From Mytilus galloprovincialis (taxonomy: Eukaryota): a stretch of DNA of 64,000 nucleotides. The position numbers were made by a program, and so were the translations under genes. Shown here one piece after another: positions 47,987 to 60,800 of this stretch (within the stretch, counting starts at the first letter, position 1; each line of letters opens with the position of its first letter). The notes below the pieces were generated by a model. It was not told the DNA's origin. It searched no databases and worked only from the letters and a program-made list of their open reading frames with translations. The DNA lies in NCBI RefSeq assembly GCF_965363235.1, contig NC_134841.1, positions 74,717,723 through 74,781,722 of the forward strand, given 5' to 3'.

Positions 47987-48137
47987 ATGGGTGAAACAAA
48001 GCCCAAAATTGTGATCATCGGTGGAGGGATCTCTGGGATAGCCTTAGGAGACTATCTCGCTAACAATGGATTCAAAGATTACGTTATACTTGAAGCATCA
48101 AATAGAACAGGCGGTAGAATATACACCGTCAATCTTG
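47987..48137 (+). CDS. Polyamine oxidase (PAOX/SMOX-family FAD amine oxidase) exon 1: MGETKPKIVIIGGGISGIALGDYLANNGFKDYVILEASNRTGGRIYTVNL(G)
   Basis: ATG at 47987; the ORF-track start at 47978 is TTG. The upstream ATG at 47961 hits a stop. Rossmann dinucleotide-binding motif GGGISG...LEAS.R.GGRI. Donor TTG|gtaagt at 48138. Ends in phase 1. Confidence 0.8.
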
Positions 48138-48819
48138 GTAAGTTATCCCAGTGTACAAATGTATGCCATGGTTTCATTTCGTGATAGTTCTCGTTTGGAT
48201 AAATTCATAATTGTCACCTTAGCAAAAAGAAAGTAACCCAGTATCATGGTAAAAATACAATATAATAATATAAAAGTGTGTTCAATTGTCATTATTATTA
48301 GGCGATTGGTCATGTCTTTGTATTTTATAAAATTACATTGCCTGAACTCGATGACACATTTTTAGATTTTTGTGAATGATTGTGTGAAGGTCAAAATAGG
48401 ACATATGTACAGAACGTCTGGCAACAAACCAATCAAATTTCTATCTATAAATAGAACCAGTTTTACTACAGGGAAATACTGCTTCACAAGGAAATCATTT
48501 GTTATCAAGAAAATGTTTGGGGTACACATGTATTTTTTATTTCACATGTTCAAAATGTGTATTTGGACCTCTTTCTCAACTTTATAACATTTTTGCAGTT
48601 CAATTATATTCATTCTCTGTACGATTTTGGTATTATTTGAAGAAATAAAGAAGTTGGAACATTGGCCTTTTTGTGGATAATATACCTGGCAAACACTAAT
48701 TAGCCTAATTAACAGAAACTACATATATATATGCATGGAATTGGATTCCTTCTCTTCAGGTTCTGACGTGTACAAAACTCTTGTTTCATTTTACAAAATT
48801 TAATAAATATATAAAAAAA

Positions 48820-49085
48820 GAAGATGTGGTATGATTGCCAATGAGACAACTCTCCACAAGAGACAATAATAACACAGAAATTAACAACTATATCTCACCG
48901 TACGACCTTAAACAATGAGCAAAGCCCATACCGCATAGTCGGATATAAAAGGGCCTGAAATGACAATGTAAAACAATTCAATGAGAAAACTAACAGCATT
49001 ATTAATGTACAGAAAATAAACGAAAAACAAATATGTAACACATAAACAAACAACCACTGAATTACAGGCTCCTGACTTGGGACAG
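48820..49085 (+). mobile_element. Short interspersed element of the aagatgtggtatgattgccaatgagacaactctcc family
   Basis: About 85 percent identical to 56097-56368. Partial or diverged copies lie at 9230-9300, 23640-23800, 39660-39830, 50640-50820 and 58370-58510. It explains the spurious minus ORFs 48908..49282 and 56157..56408 (shared KSGACNSVVV). Confidence 0.75.
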
Positions 49086-51374
49086 GCATATACATACATA
49101 ATGTGGCGGGGGTTAAACATGTTAGCGGGATCCCAACCCTCCCCTAACCTGGGACAGTGGTATAACAGTACAACATAAGAACGAACTATATAAATCAGTT
49201 GAAAAGGGCTTAACTCATCAGATGGACAAAAATACAAGTGGACATGGCCGGGTACTTGTACATCCCAACAACAAAAAGACACTAGTTACAGATCTGAGAT
49301 TTCTCACAGTTAACTGGCAGCTAGTTCAAAGCCACTAACAACTAATAAAAAAAATCATGCATCTAAGACTTATATATATGACTATTAAGCTCATGTGAAT
49401 CCGCCAAACTCAATACTTTATATACATGTACTAACTGACTTTGATTTCATAAAAAAAAATGACTTACATGTACAAGCTGAAAGTTGTTCTGTCTTACAAT
49501 TTCTTTAAATTTCAAAAAGAATTACTGGTCATACTATGTAGGGGTTGTGGTTGTTACAGTGTATTCCTAAAAAAACTGTTCGATTTAGTAATTTATGAAA
49601 TTCAACACAAACTATTCATATAGTCTATGTTCATTCCATTTATGGTCCCTCAAGGGAGTTATATTGACATGTACAAACAATACAGTACAAGATGACCAGT
49701 GAACAAACATGTACTCAGAAGGGCAATAAGTATAATACCAGACCATTTTAAATGTTCAGTACTCTGCTTCGGGGCTCTGTGCAGCAGTGCTACCCTAGGT
49801 GAAGCCAACGTTGGATTGTATAGTACATAGTAATAAAATTGAAAATGGAAATGGGGAATATGTCAAAGACTAAGAGAAAACAACCCGACCACAAAGAGGC
49901 TGAGCAGACAACAGGCGAAAGCTGTAATGTATGCATTTGGATATACATGTATTCACAAAGGATTTAAGTTATTATGCTAAATGTACATGAGATGTGGAGG
50001 ATACACATTGTATTATAATTGTAGCTGAAGACTAGACATTTTTTTAGGTCAAATTGAAGTATTTCAATATTTTTACATGTATATGGCATGCCAAAAGAAA
50101 CACATCATGTACAAAAAATTTACATGTAGAGAAAACTGTATTTTAATACAAAAATGGACAAAATATACATTTCAATATGAATGTTCACTGTTTCTGTTAC
50201 TTGAAAAACAGTTTTCATGATGCACAGTAACCCTCTTGTAGCCAAGATTGTCTACATCTACATGATCTAGATATTTATCATGTTTAATTTACAAACTACT
50301 AAAGACTGAGTGAAGATTATTTGATGGTTTGAAATGCTCTTTGAAATTTCACCATACTAGAATTCAAGATTTGTGCCACATTAGTTTCATCTGGTATTTT
50401 TTAAGCCATATGTACTGAGTATTGCATTTGTAAATGGTAACCTATGTCTTGTCCTTGTTTTTGAACCTATTGAACCAGAAACAGACTAGTACAAGCTATG
50501 CATTGTACCATACACATGTCAGTAGCATACCACAAGACATCATGATGAGATGTCACTACTTTGCACAATGCAGTATCTATTAGTACAATGGAAAAGTGTA
50601 CCCATCATTAAAAAAATGTGACCAACTCAATGTTACATGTATAAATAAGGAAATGCATGTGGTTTGATTGCCAATGTCTATCTGACAGCTGAGTCCAAAT
50701 GAAATGAATATAAAAAGTTATAGGTCAACATATAGCCTTGTAACAAAAATGAGTAAACCCATACTTTTATACATACATAGCTATAGTCGACTGTATAAAA
50801 AGGCCCCAACATGACAAAAAAGTCTGGTAGAAAAATAAGACATTTTCTTAATTGTAACAAGCTTTATAGCTGACTACATGTATGTGGTAAAGGGTATGCA
50901 CAGGGTATGCACTTGTATTCTATACAAAATACTCTTTGGTAACTTAAACTGGATGTCACTGCTTTAGATAGGATCCTGTTGTCATGTTCATAAACATGCA
51001 TGTTTTTTTTTGCACACAAGTTTTTGAAAGTGACCATTCTTGTTAAACTCAATTTATTTACTCATTATATTATTGTACATGTATACTTACATAGTATATA
51101 TATCCATTAAGTCTCCCTTTATTAAACTAGCTGTTACTTATTGTACATTATTGTAAAAACCTCTCATCTGGTTGAATGATTATTATGACTATTTTCACAC
51201 ACTTTCTAAAAATGGCACATTAAAAACTGAACTTATAAAGTTTAAAAACCTAAATATAAATTCTGTACATGTACATGTATATTAAAGCCAAGAAACCGTT
51301 ACCCACTACAAGTAGAAATGATTTTGAAGAAATTAAGAATATAATAAATATTTTTTTTAAATGATATTTTTCAG

Positions 51375-52289
51375 ATGCCGAAGGCCATAAAGCAGAAATG
51401 GGGGCCAATTGGATACATGGCATAGAAAGAAACCCAATTTTTAAAATTGCTGATGACAATAATTTGCTAGAATTGAGACATGGCAATAAAGGTCTTCGTA
51501 ATAAAACATCCTTTAAAATGGAAAATGGAGAGGAAGTAACTGAAAAAATAGTCAATCAAGTAAATTTGAACTATGGGCAACTAATTATGCAAGCAGAGGA
51601 TTTTTATCAAAATGGTATGCCCACAATGGAAGAAAACGATAGTGTTGGGGCATTTCTGGAACGTGAATATGAAGACACTTTGGAACGATATACAAATGGT
51701 GACCGTCATATTAGAGAATTGTTGTTTGATCAGCGAAAAAGGCTAGAGTGTTGTATATCTGGCTGTGATTCATTGTCAGAGGTTTCTTTGAGTGAGTTTG
51801 GAAGTTATGAAGAACTACCAGGTGTTCATTATACAATCCCACCCGGTTTTACTGCAGTTTTAGAAATCCTAAAAAGTAGTATCCCAAAGGAAAATATTTT
51901 ACTCAATCATCCAGTCAAATGTATACGATGGAATAGACAATTTCCAGATCCAGAAAAAAATGTTTATGAATGTTGTGTTGAATGTGAAAACGGTGAAAAA
52001 TTCTATGCAAATCACGTAATATGTACTGTTTCACTAGGTGTTTTAAAAGCTGCATGTGATAGGATGTTTAACCCACCATTGCCTAAAATGAAATTAGATG
52101 CAATAGATGCAGTTGGATTTGGCATTGTAGACAAAGTTATTGTTCAGTTTGATGAACCAGTGACAGAGCCTGAATTGTTCCGTGTAGAACTTGTGTGGGA
52201 CAATGATCTCATTGAAATGAATGATCTGCGACACACATGGTATCGTAAAATATACTCCTTTGAAGTGGTACATGACAATGTTTTAGTTG
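51375..52289 (+). CDS. Polyamine oxidase exon 2 (305 codons): (D)AEGHKAEMGANWIHGIERNPIFKIADDNNLLEL...VVHDNVLV(G)
   Basis: Acceptor atgatatttttcag ends 51374 and completes the exon-1 phase-1 codon. GANWIHG matches the conserved G(A/S)xWIHG motif of PAOX/SMOX/plant PAO. A single long open frame (ORF track 51398..52306). Donor TTG|gtgagt at 52290. Confidence 0.85.
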
Positions 52290-52362
52290 GTGAGTATGAT
52301 AGTTAAAGTGGCATAGGTGCTACATTTGTATCTAGACTGTCTTTTTTCACTTAGATCATATA

Positions 52363-52915
52363 CTGTGAAAGTACTTTTATTCGTGGGGTACCAATTTTCG
52401 TGGTTTTCGTGGATGACTTTATCCTCGAATTTAAGTGTCCAACGAAATAAAAATCAAATTGTTTTTGATCAATGAAAGTCAGATTTCCGGTATTGATATG
52501 CTAGTATGATAAAGTGTTCATTTTATATCCTCATAGTTCTCGTACATATAAGAAATAAAAAAATTATGCTGGTCTTGATTTTGCTCAGAATTATTTGGCA
52601 ATTCATAGCATTTGTTTATGTTACTGTTTTCTTTAGGTGACATGTTAATGGCCTAATTAACACCTTTGATGGTCTTTAATCTGTTGATCACTTTATCATG
52701 GGTTAATTAGTGTTTTCACTACGATTTACACGGGTCAATGTTTACTTTGCAATTTCCTTCAATCTAGACTATTTGTAACCCTCGTTTCTAAAGGCTTCAA
52801 TTTTTCAATTTTTTTTTTTTAGAAAACTAAAATCCACGAATTTAAAAACCCACGAACATGTAAATATTGCTCAAACCACGAAAATTGATACCAACGAATT
52901 AAAGTACTTTCACAG
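52363..52915. mobile_element. Tc1/mariner-like (Stowaway-type) MITE, about 553 bp, in polyamine oxidase intron 2
   Basis: Terminal inverted repeats ctgtgaaagtacttttattcgtggggtaccaattttcgtggttt and aaaccacgaaaattgataccaacgaattaaagtactttcacag (about 45 bp, CAGTG-type). Flanked by TA at 52361-52362 and 52916-52917. Internal ttcgtgg/ccacgaa sub-repeats. Confidence 0.7.
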
Positions 52916-55900
52916 TAAACAATTTAGTAATGAAAATTTTGAAGTTTACAGGGTTCTCACTATACATGTACATGTATCTTTGACACATTCCCCATTTACT
53001 TTTTCAATTTTATAGTACACAAACAAAAAATGTACATAGAAATATTTCATATCATGAGTTGTAAATACACTTTTGGAATTATTAGATATATCCATGAGGG
53101 TGTTATCCCGATTGGCTGTATCTAATATAATTGACACCAAGATATAAAGGTTGATACAAAGATTGATTTTGATACTTAAGTAGATGGATCTTGCAGCAAA
53201 TTCATGGTAAAGCAAGATAAATGCAGGATATCCAATAATATACAACACCTTGGTTTATAATTACCAGAACTTTTTTTACTACTATGAAGTCTTATGTACA
53301 TGAACATATATATATATATTTATATATAGACAATGTAAAATTAGGAGGCCAACATCAATTTGTTTTGGCCAGTTGTATTTACCTTTAATGTTCATGCACA
53401 TGCATACATGTATCTGAGGAAGTGAAGTGTGTTGAACGATTTTTCTTTGTGGAGAGATTTATGTGTAAATATTTCTTTTTCAGATAATATTTATTAAGTA
53501 CTATTATTATCATGATTATTATTTATTTGTTACCATGGTACATTTGTTACAGAACAAAATCAATAGTTCTACAGGTGCTACAAATGTATTTGTACATGTA
53601 CATTGTATATGTATATATATATAGTATGATATAGGCATACAAAAAAAATATTTGTGATTCTACCACCCTAACTCAAGAATTCTGGGCCCTCAAGCGACCT
53701 TTAGTTTACAATTTATACGTAGCAATCAAGAGTAAAGTTGGAGATTGGTGGACTATAACAACTTACAATATCATGATTTAGTATTAATTTTGATAACAAC
53801 CAACCAAACAGGCCAGTGATATTGTTGACTTTTTTCAAAACTACCTCTATCCTTTTTCATTGGGAAAAAATGCATCATTTTCTTCAAATTGGGAAATTTA
53901 AAATAAACCATGAATTTGACTGAAACTTCAATTTACAGACCAATTTTCTCAAGAGTCAAACCCTGCTTTAAAATAAGACCCCATTTTGTCATTTATGATA
54001 CATAAATAGACCCTCAAATGTTCACATATAGTCATTTTACGCAAGAAAATTGTTTAAATGAGTGTTTTTCAGTTTGTATTCATGCACAATTATTACTGAG
54101 ACTGCACTGTTTGGGAAAAAAGTTGTCTTTTTGGGAATAATTTTAAGCCGTTTTTTTTTCCAAATTGGGATTCTTCTCTAGGGGAAAAAGCCTTTATTCT
54201 CCACTAATTCAAGGCAAACAATATCACTAGTACTGCTGGCCCTAATTATTTGTCATTTTTTTAACACAATATTTTAATAAAGTAAAACTTTTGAAACCAG
54301 ATAGTGTAATTGTCTATGTACAGCACTAAATGATTTATGTGTTCTTTTGTTACATACATGTATGTATAACTTTGGCAAGTGTAAATTATTGTAGTTCTAG
54401 CATACTACAATGTAGTACTGTACATGGTCTTCACCCTTGTAATAATGACACATGATTGAATTCAGGGTTTTATGATTTATTACTGTCCAGGTTCAACTGG
54501 TACTTTGATATATCATTATCAGATATCATTCATTTGATTTTCATTCATTGTATACATCCGTCAATAATTACAAAGCCCATCTCGGCCAGGTTTCTGACAA
54601 TTTCAAAGCTGGCTTCCAAATTATATAAAAGAGAAAAAAAGAAGGAAAGGTTGATTGCAGAAAATATGTGAAGCAATGACTCAACAGATTATGTTGATCC
54701 TCTCAGACAGCATGCAGTGAAAACGATTAACTTTTAAGGTGAAGGGATGGTTAGATATGTAAATGTAATACATGTGGAAAGAAAACATATTTGTCTCTCA
54801 GGACAGTAACCTGTGATTTGTCCTTGTTTGACATCATGAAAGCTATGCAGTGTAGCATCAATAAAACTTGTATAAAATATACTGTGTATACTCTCACTCA
54901 GTAAATTTATCTACCTATAATACAATGTAATAGCTACTATCTACTAGGCTTATCCATATTTTCATTTTGTGAAATTGATATTTTTTGTTGAAGTATTGTG
55001 AATTGATCATGTTGGTTGTTTCAAAATCATAAATTTACATTTTTACTTTACAATTGTGTGTTTCAATTTTAAGGGCATCCCCAGTCTAGAATTCAAAAGG
55101 TAAAGAGTTCATTGGCCGGTCAGTTTTCAGTCAATGGGTTAATTCATGTCTTCTGTATCGATTATAATGAAGATTCAGTGTAGCATTTGCCTTCTTTCAA
55201 TTGCAGCGGTCAATAAACTTTCTGCACAATCCTGACCTTGGTTGATATGAACAGTGATGTTGATCATTTTGTGAAGAGAGAGTTGTTTTCTGTCTTGCCC
55301 AAATGCAGTTAATGATTTTTCTATCCCCAATTTACAACAAGTATTTTTCCACTATTATTTGTTAATTAACTTCATCATGAGACACTGAAGAGAGTTTTGG
55401 AAGCTAAGTTTGCTTGTAGCTATAAGCATGGCCACATGCATCTTATTACAATTTATGTGATAAATCTAATATATATACTGTACTGGTGGTATACATGGTA
55501 TATATGTTGTTTGTAAATTTGACTTCTTTTTCCAAATAATTCTTTTGTCATTTCTAATGTGTTTGCTTTGAATTGAAATTTTCACAATTAAATGGTTGAA
55601 TGTTTACAACTTTTGTTGTGTCAAAAGAACTATGTATGCATGTTTCATTTCACGGTCGGTCGTGATGTCACTACAGTCATACATGTACATGTACCTTAGA
55701 AACAAAATTGATGCATTTGACATCAGACATCGTTGCATCTAGGTCATGGCAAATTTGCAAGCAGATCTAGATATATACAACATTTTGGGATTGCTGTTGT
55801 GTATCTCTTGTCTGTTATGAAAATCTATACCTATGTGCAAGTTCTGCTTTGGCAAAAGAAGGTGTGAATTGATAAAAGTCATAGAACATTACAACTAGTA

Positions 55901-56096
55901 CATGTATTCAGCAATTAAAAAAATATATTAATTTTATGACCCTGCTGCTGTGAAGGGGGCATTAAGTGTAACCCTTGGCCTTGTCCATATGTCTCAATAT
56001 TATTTTCTGTTCTCTAAGTAACTTTAGAGATAAATACTTGTGTATGATATTTATTCTATTGGGAATATTGAATGATTGTAAGGTGTACATATAAAA

Positions 56097-56368
56097 AAGA
56101 TGTGGTATGATTGCCAATGAGACAGCTTTCCACAAGACACAAAAATGACACAGAAATTAACAACTATAGGTCACAGTATGGCCTTCAACAAGGAGCAAAG
56201 CCCATACCGCATAGTCAGCTATGAACGGCCTTGAAATGACAATGTAAAACAATTCAAACGAGAAAACTAACAGCCTAATTATATGTACAAAAAATGAATT
56301 AAAAACAAATAGAAAACAAACACATAAATAAATGACAACCACTGAATTACAGGCTCCTGACTTGGGAC
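56097..56368 (+). mobile_element. Second full copy of the aagatgtggtatgattgccaatgagaca short interspersed element
   Basis: Collinear with 48820-49085 from head (aagatgtggtatgattgccaatgagacagctttccacaag) to tail (ccactgaattacaggctcctgacttggga). Confidence 0.75.
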
Positions 56369-57747
56369 TGTCTGTCTTGAAATTGACCTCATTTTCAACG
56401 TTCTTCAATGGTTAATGTACATGTAAATTTTTTGTATGCGAGTCTGTTTCTCAGATACATTTACTATAACTTACTATAAGCAATTATATGGTCACCATAA
56501 TCATAATACAGACTAAAAAATTCTATACAGTGACAGTCTTTATTGTCCCGCAACACATATATTGTTTTCAAATATTTGGCCTGACTCACATTACAAATAT
56601 ATGCTAACTAATATCTGGCAGGTGATCATGGTGATGGGAGACAGATTTGAAAGTACACATGCACTTACATTTATACTTAATAGATGCATTCATCTGCTTT
56701 TAATGAAATACAAAGTATATATTTAATGGTTTTAAAACAAGTTGTATTTTCAGCAGTTGTTCACCAGTACATGCATGTTTCTGTTTGATCTTGCGCATGT
56801 ACATTTTGTAAATTATCATCTTCCTCAGACATCATAGTAAACTGTAAAATATATACATTTCGGGTACACCATCACTACATGTAGTACATGTTCAAATTTA
56901 TCTCTTTATCTTTTTGCTATTAAAAAAGTATGTTTTGTGCTTTTTGGTTTTATTTTAAGAAATGCATGTTTATGTATAACTACAATCATGACAATGTATA
57001 AATAAAAGGAGATAATGAGCAAGGTTAGGCAGCAGTCATATTTGCCTAACATGTTTTATTTTGTTAAAAAATCACTGATTGATAAATATTCCAAACTAAA
57101 ACATCCAGGATATATTGAAAATGCTTCCAAGTTTAGGTTTGGTTTTGTGGTCATATTTTTTCATGCAGCAAGCATTAATAATCTCCTTTTAATTATTAAA
57201 TCACTGGTAGCAGTATAATACATGTATATAATAATAAAACATGTACATGTAGGTTCATTAAAAATTTAAATGGAAGGTTATTTAAGGTAACATGTACATT
57301 TAAAAACACTCTTGTATGAGTGATTTGTTGTGTAACTAACATAATGATGGCTGGGGATTCAAGGTTATAACACTTACAATGTATATATGACCCTGTGTTT
57401 AAGATTAGGGCATACATCAGTCTAATTCTTTAGCAATATGCATAATGCATCTAGCAATATTACAGAGTTAATCACCTACAATCACTAAAAATTCTCTCCA
57501 TGGAGTTATATATGTAACTGAATTAACTTTTGTGTATATATAATACATAGGTACAAAATGTAGTTTTAAATAAAAGCCTACCACGTGCACTCATTTCACA
57601 AAAAGTCTGTTGTAAGTTTTTGTGAAAAGAGCCCCTGTGTTTCAGGATCCCTGTTCAAATTTAAATTTTTGAGGCCATCTTAGACATCAATTAATCTGTT
57701 ATCTGTTTATATTTATACATGTTTCAGGAACTGATATATTTTTTTAG

Positions 57748-57877
57748 GATGGTTAAGTGGTAAAGAAGCACTGTATATGGAGTCATTGACGGAAGAGCAG
57801 ATAGGACAAGACATTGTGGAGGCTCTGAAAAAATTCCTTAGCAAAAAAGACATTCCACAGCCAAGAAAAGTCATCAG
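57748..57877 (+). CDS. Polyamine oxidase exon 3: (G)WLSGKEALYMESLTEEQIGQDIVEALKKFLSKKDIPQPRKVI(R)
   Basis: Acceptor atatatttttttag ends 57747 and completes the phase-1 codon from exon 2. GWLSGKEA...ME.L..E is the conserved PAO segment following the substrate-binding domain. Donor AG|gtagca at 57878. Ends in phase 2; the remaining 3' exons were not found with confidence inside the window. Confidence 0.75.
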
Positions 57878-60800
57878 GTAGCAATATGTTTCAAACAATT
57901 ATTTATGTTAACTTGCACTTTACAAACATTTACATGATCCCATATTACTGTGACCTCTGTTTTTTTTTAATCATGCATAATTTTATTATCATGATTATAT
58001 GTTTATTCAAATTATTGATTAAAGCACTGATTGACATGTCATTTGATTGACATGACAAATACTCCCTCAACCAGAGATTGTATTGACTATAAACATTATC
58101 ATATGGATGGTCATAAGTTTTGATTTCTTTAATTTAAGTGGCGGTACAGGTTGGGGGTTCCAGAGGTTGGATTTTTGTGGGCAATCAATTTTGAATGGGG
58201 ACACATGGTTTGAACCCCCTCCCTTAGCCTTGGTTGAGAACCCCCTTATGAAAATGGTTTTATCCACCCCTGAATTTTGACATCATCTACATGATCTAGA
58301 CTTGTTGTAATCTTTCATAATTTTTTAGTCCTTTCCCATTTGTTCTTATGTTTATATATTTCAGGTATACTTATAAATGGTATGATTGCAAATGAGACAA
58401 CTCTCAGCTACCATAGACTTAGTTGACAACAAAAGGCCACCATATGTCCTTCATAACAATGAACAAAACCAATACCGCATAGTCAGCTCTAAAAGGCCCC
58501 AAATTTGTATATTTGATATCAATTTTAAATTCTACAATCCCTCTCTTTATCTGTCACTAGGGTTGTACGTGACTTGGAACATATACTTTTAATCACGGTT
58601 AAAAGGTCAGATAATACAGTGTGTTGGGTTTTTCTACCTATCTTTTTTGTATCACTCTTTTCCCACACCCCCTTCAATGAATTTTTGTAACATTGTATAA
58701 CCTGTAACAAGTGTTAAACCTGTAGACAGGTAAAAATACTCAGACTTTTGATGTTGTAATGAGATATTTAACAGTTACAAAAGGTATTTCCTGTACAAGC
58801 CTTAAAAATCAGCAGATCAGTAGACAAGCTTGAATGAGATTCATATCCCTGAATCAAGTTTCTCAAATATTCACATATTTTACTCAGGTCTTAGTATTGA
58901 TTGTTGAAAGATTTTTTTCATTTTCAATTGCAAAAAAAAAAGATTAGATGACACAAGATTTAACAAGTGAATCACTAGGAATTAATGATTATTGGGTAAT
59001 AGATTTGTGATTCATGTATATTTTAATCAGATCAGGTTTTAGAATTTGTATGATTCATCTTTTCTTCAAGTGTTGATGAGAGAATTTATTTACCCAAAAG
59101 CATAAATGTACGTCTTTACACAAGCATACATGGTTGTGTTTAAATGTTTTCCAGATATATAGTCAAAGTTTATTAAAATATAAACTGTGGACTTGTTTGC
59201 CTTAGTGAATGATAAATAAATGTAAATACCTTTACAAAGAAGTATTATAATATGAATAAGATATTAAGTATATTTGATAGAGTGCATATGAAACCGCACA
59301 TTATTAAAATTCTGTTGGTTTGTCAAAGTCATCGTAATTAATGCACTCGTTTCGCTCAATGACTTAAAGCATTCGGTTTAAAACAATTTACATCTTACTT
59401 CAATAAGAAACATATAAAAACAAAACAACAATAAACAATGATAAACAACAAACAAACAAAGCAAGAAAAGGAAGACCTAAATTTGTCCTTTAAAAATTAA
59501 AATTAATGATTGTCAATTGGGCAAAAGTGTCAAAATCTATATTGTTCCATAAATAATCAGAAATAATATAACTATAGTATTAATGAATAATAAGATTTGA
59601 TTTTAGGTTTTTTTTTTTGTCATAAGTTTCTAAATACAGCTAAGAAAGAAAAGTTTAGGTTCATATTCTTTATCTTTTTTATTTGTATATACATGTATAT
59701 TGTAACTTTTTGATAATAGACAAAATATGACCAACTAAAAGATAGATATATTTAAATCAATCTCTGACTTAATATACAGCAGGTTTGTTTTATCTTAATG
59801 ATTGAAAACATAATTCATTATAAGCATCATTTGGCTTTCAAAGATCAATAATCCATCATCTTAAAGGCATTATAAGCTGTCAAATTCATTACCAGCAAAT
59901 TGACTAAACTGTAAGGTTGAACAGTTAAAATAAATTATAATGTATATTAAAGCAGAAAAAGACTTAAAAGCCAGGGCAAGGGCAAACAGTGCAATACCCT
60001 CATTGATAGTCAAGGTCGTTAAACACACATGTAGTAATGGTATTCCCAAACCAGGTAGGCCTTACTTTACATTAAATTGTCTATTCTAAGTCAGAAAACT
60101 CTATGGTGGTTATCTCTGTAAATATCTGTGAACCTGGAGCAATTCATATGGACTAACATTATATGTCTGGACCTAAAGCATTTAAAATCTGCCCCATCTG
60201 GACTAATGTTATCCACTTGTCTATTGTTGAATATTGTATAATGACCTTTTGAATTAGATGTCTTATTGCATGGTCATTTAGTCATACTTTACATACATCT
60301 CAGTTCATACATATTAAATCGTAGATATTTCATACATTTAACTTCTCTGGGAGCATATTTCTATGTATAAAGGCAATCTAGATAAAAGACAGAAGACTTG
60401 TAATGTCTTGTAGTTCGTGACAACTAATATTACATTTAAGTGGCTTCTAATGTCCCCATCTTAAGAACTTGGGAAGGCCTTCCTAGACATTCGCCAATTG
60501 CAGCTTGAAGAACATATAATTTTGTATATTCTGGATAGTATGTACTGATTAAACATGTTAAAATGTTTTTTATTGAGTATCATTCTCAAGGCATAATGAC
60601 AAATAATACACCACATTGAATAGAAGGTTTGGTATACATGTACCGAAGGCTATAAATGCATGTTTTTACTAGAGATCTTCAAGGTCACATACTGTAGTTG
60701 CAGCGTACATATTTTTGTGGTAATTTAACAATACGTTAAGTGACTATTATAGCAACACAGTCTATTAGCAGCACAGTATAAGTCTGAGCTTTAGCTGAGT

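Noticed and set aside
48908-49282. 124-aa minus-strand ORF (and 56157..56408, 83 aa) sharing KSGACNSVVV
   Set aside because: Both lie in the two copies of the aagatgtggtat interspersed element; the similarity is repeat-derived, not a gene family.
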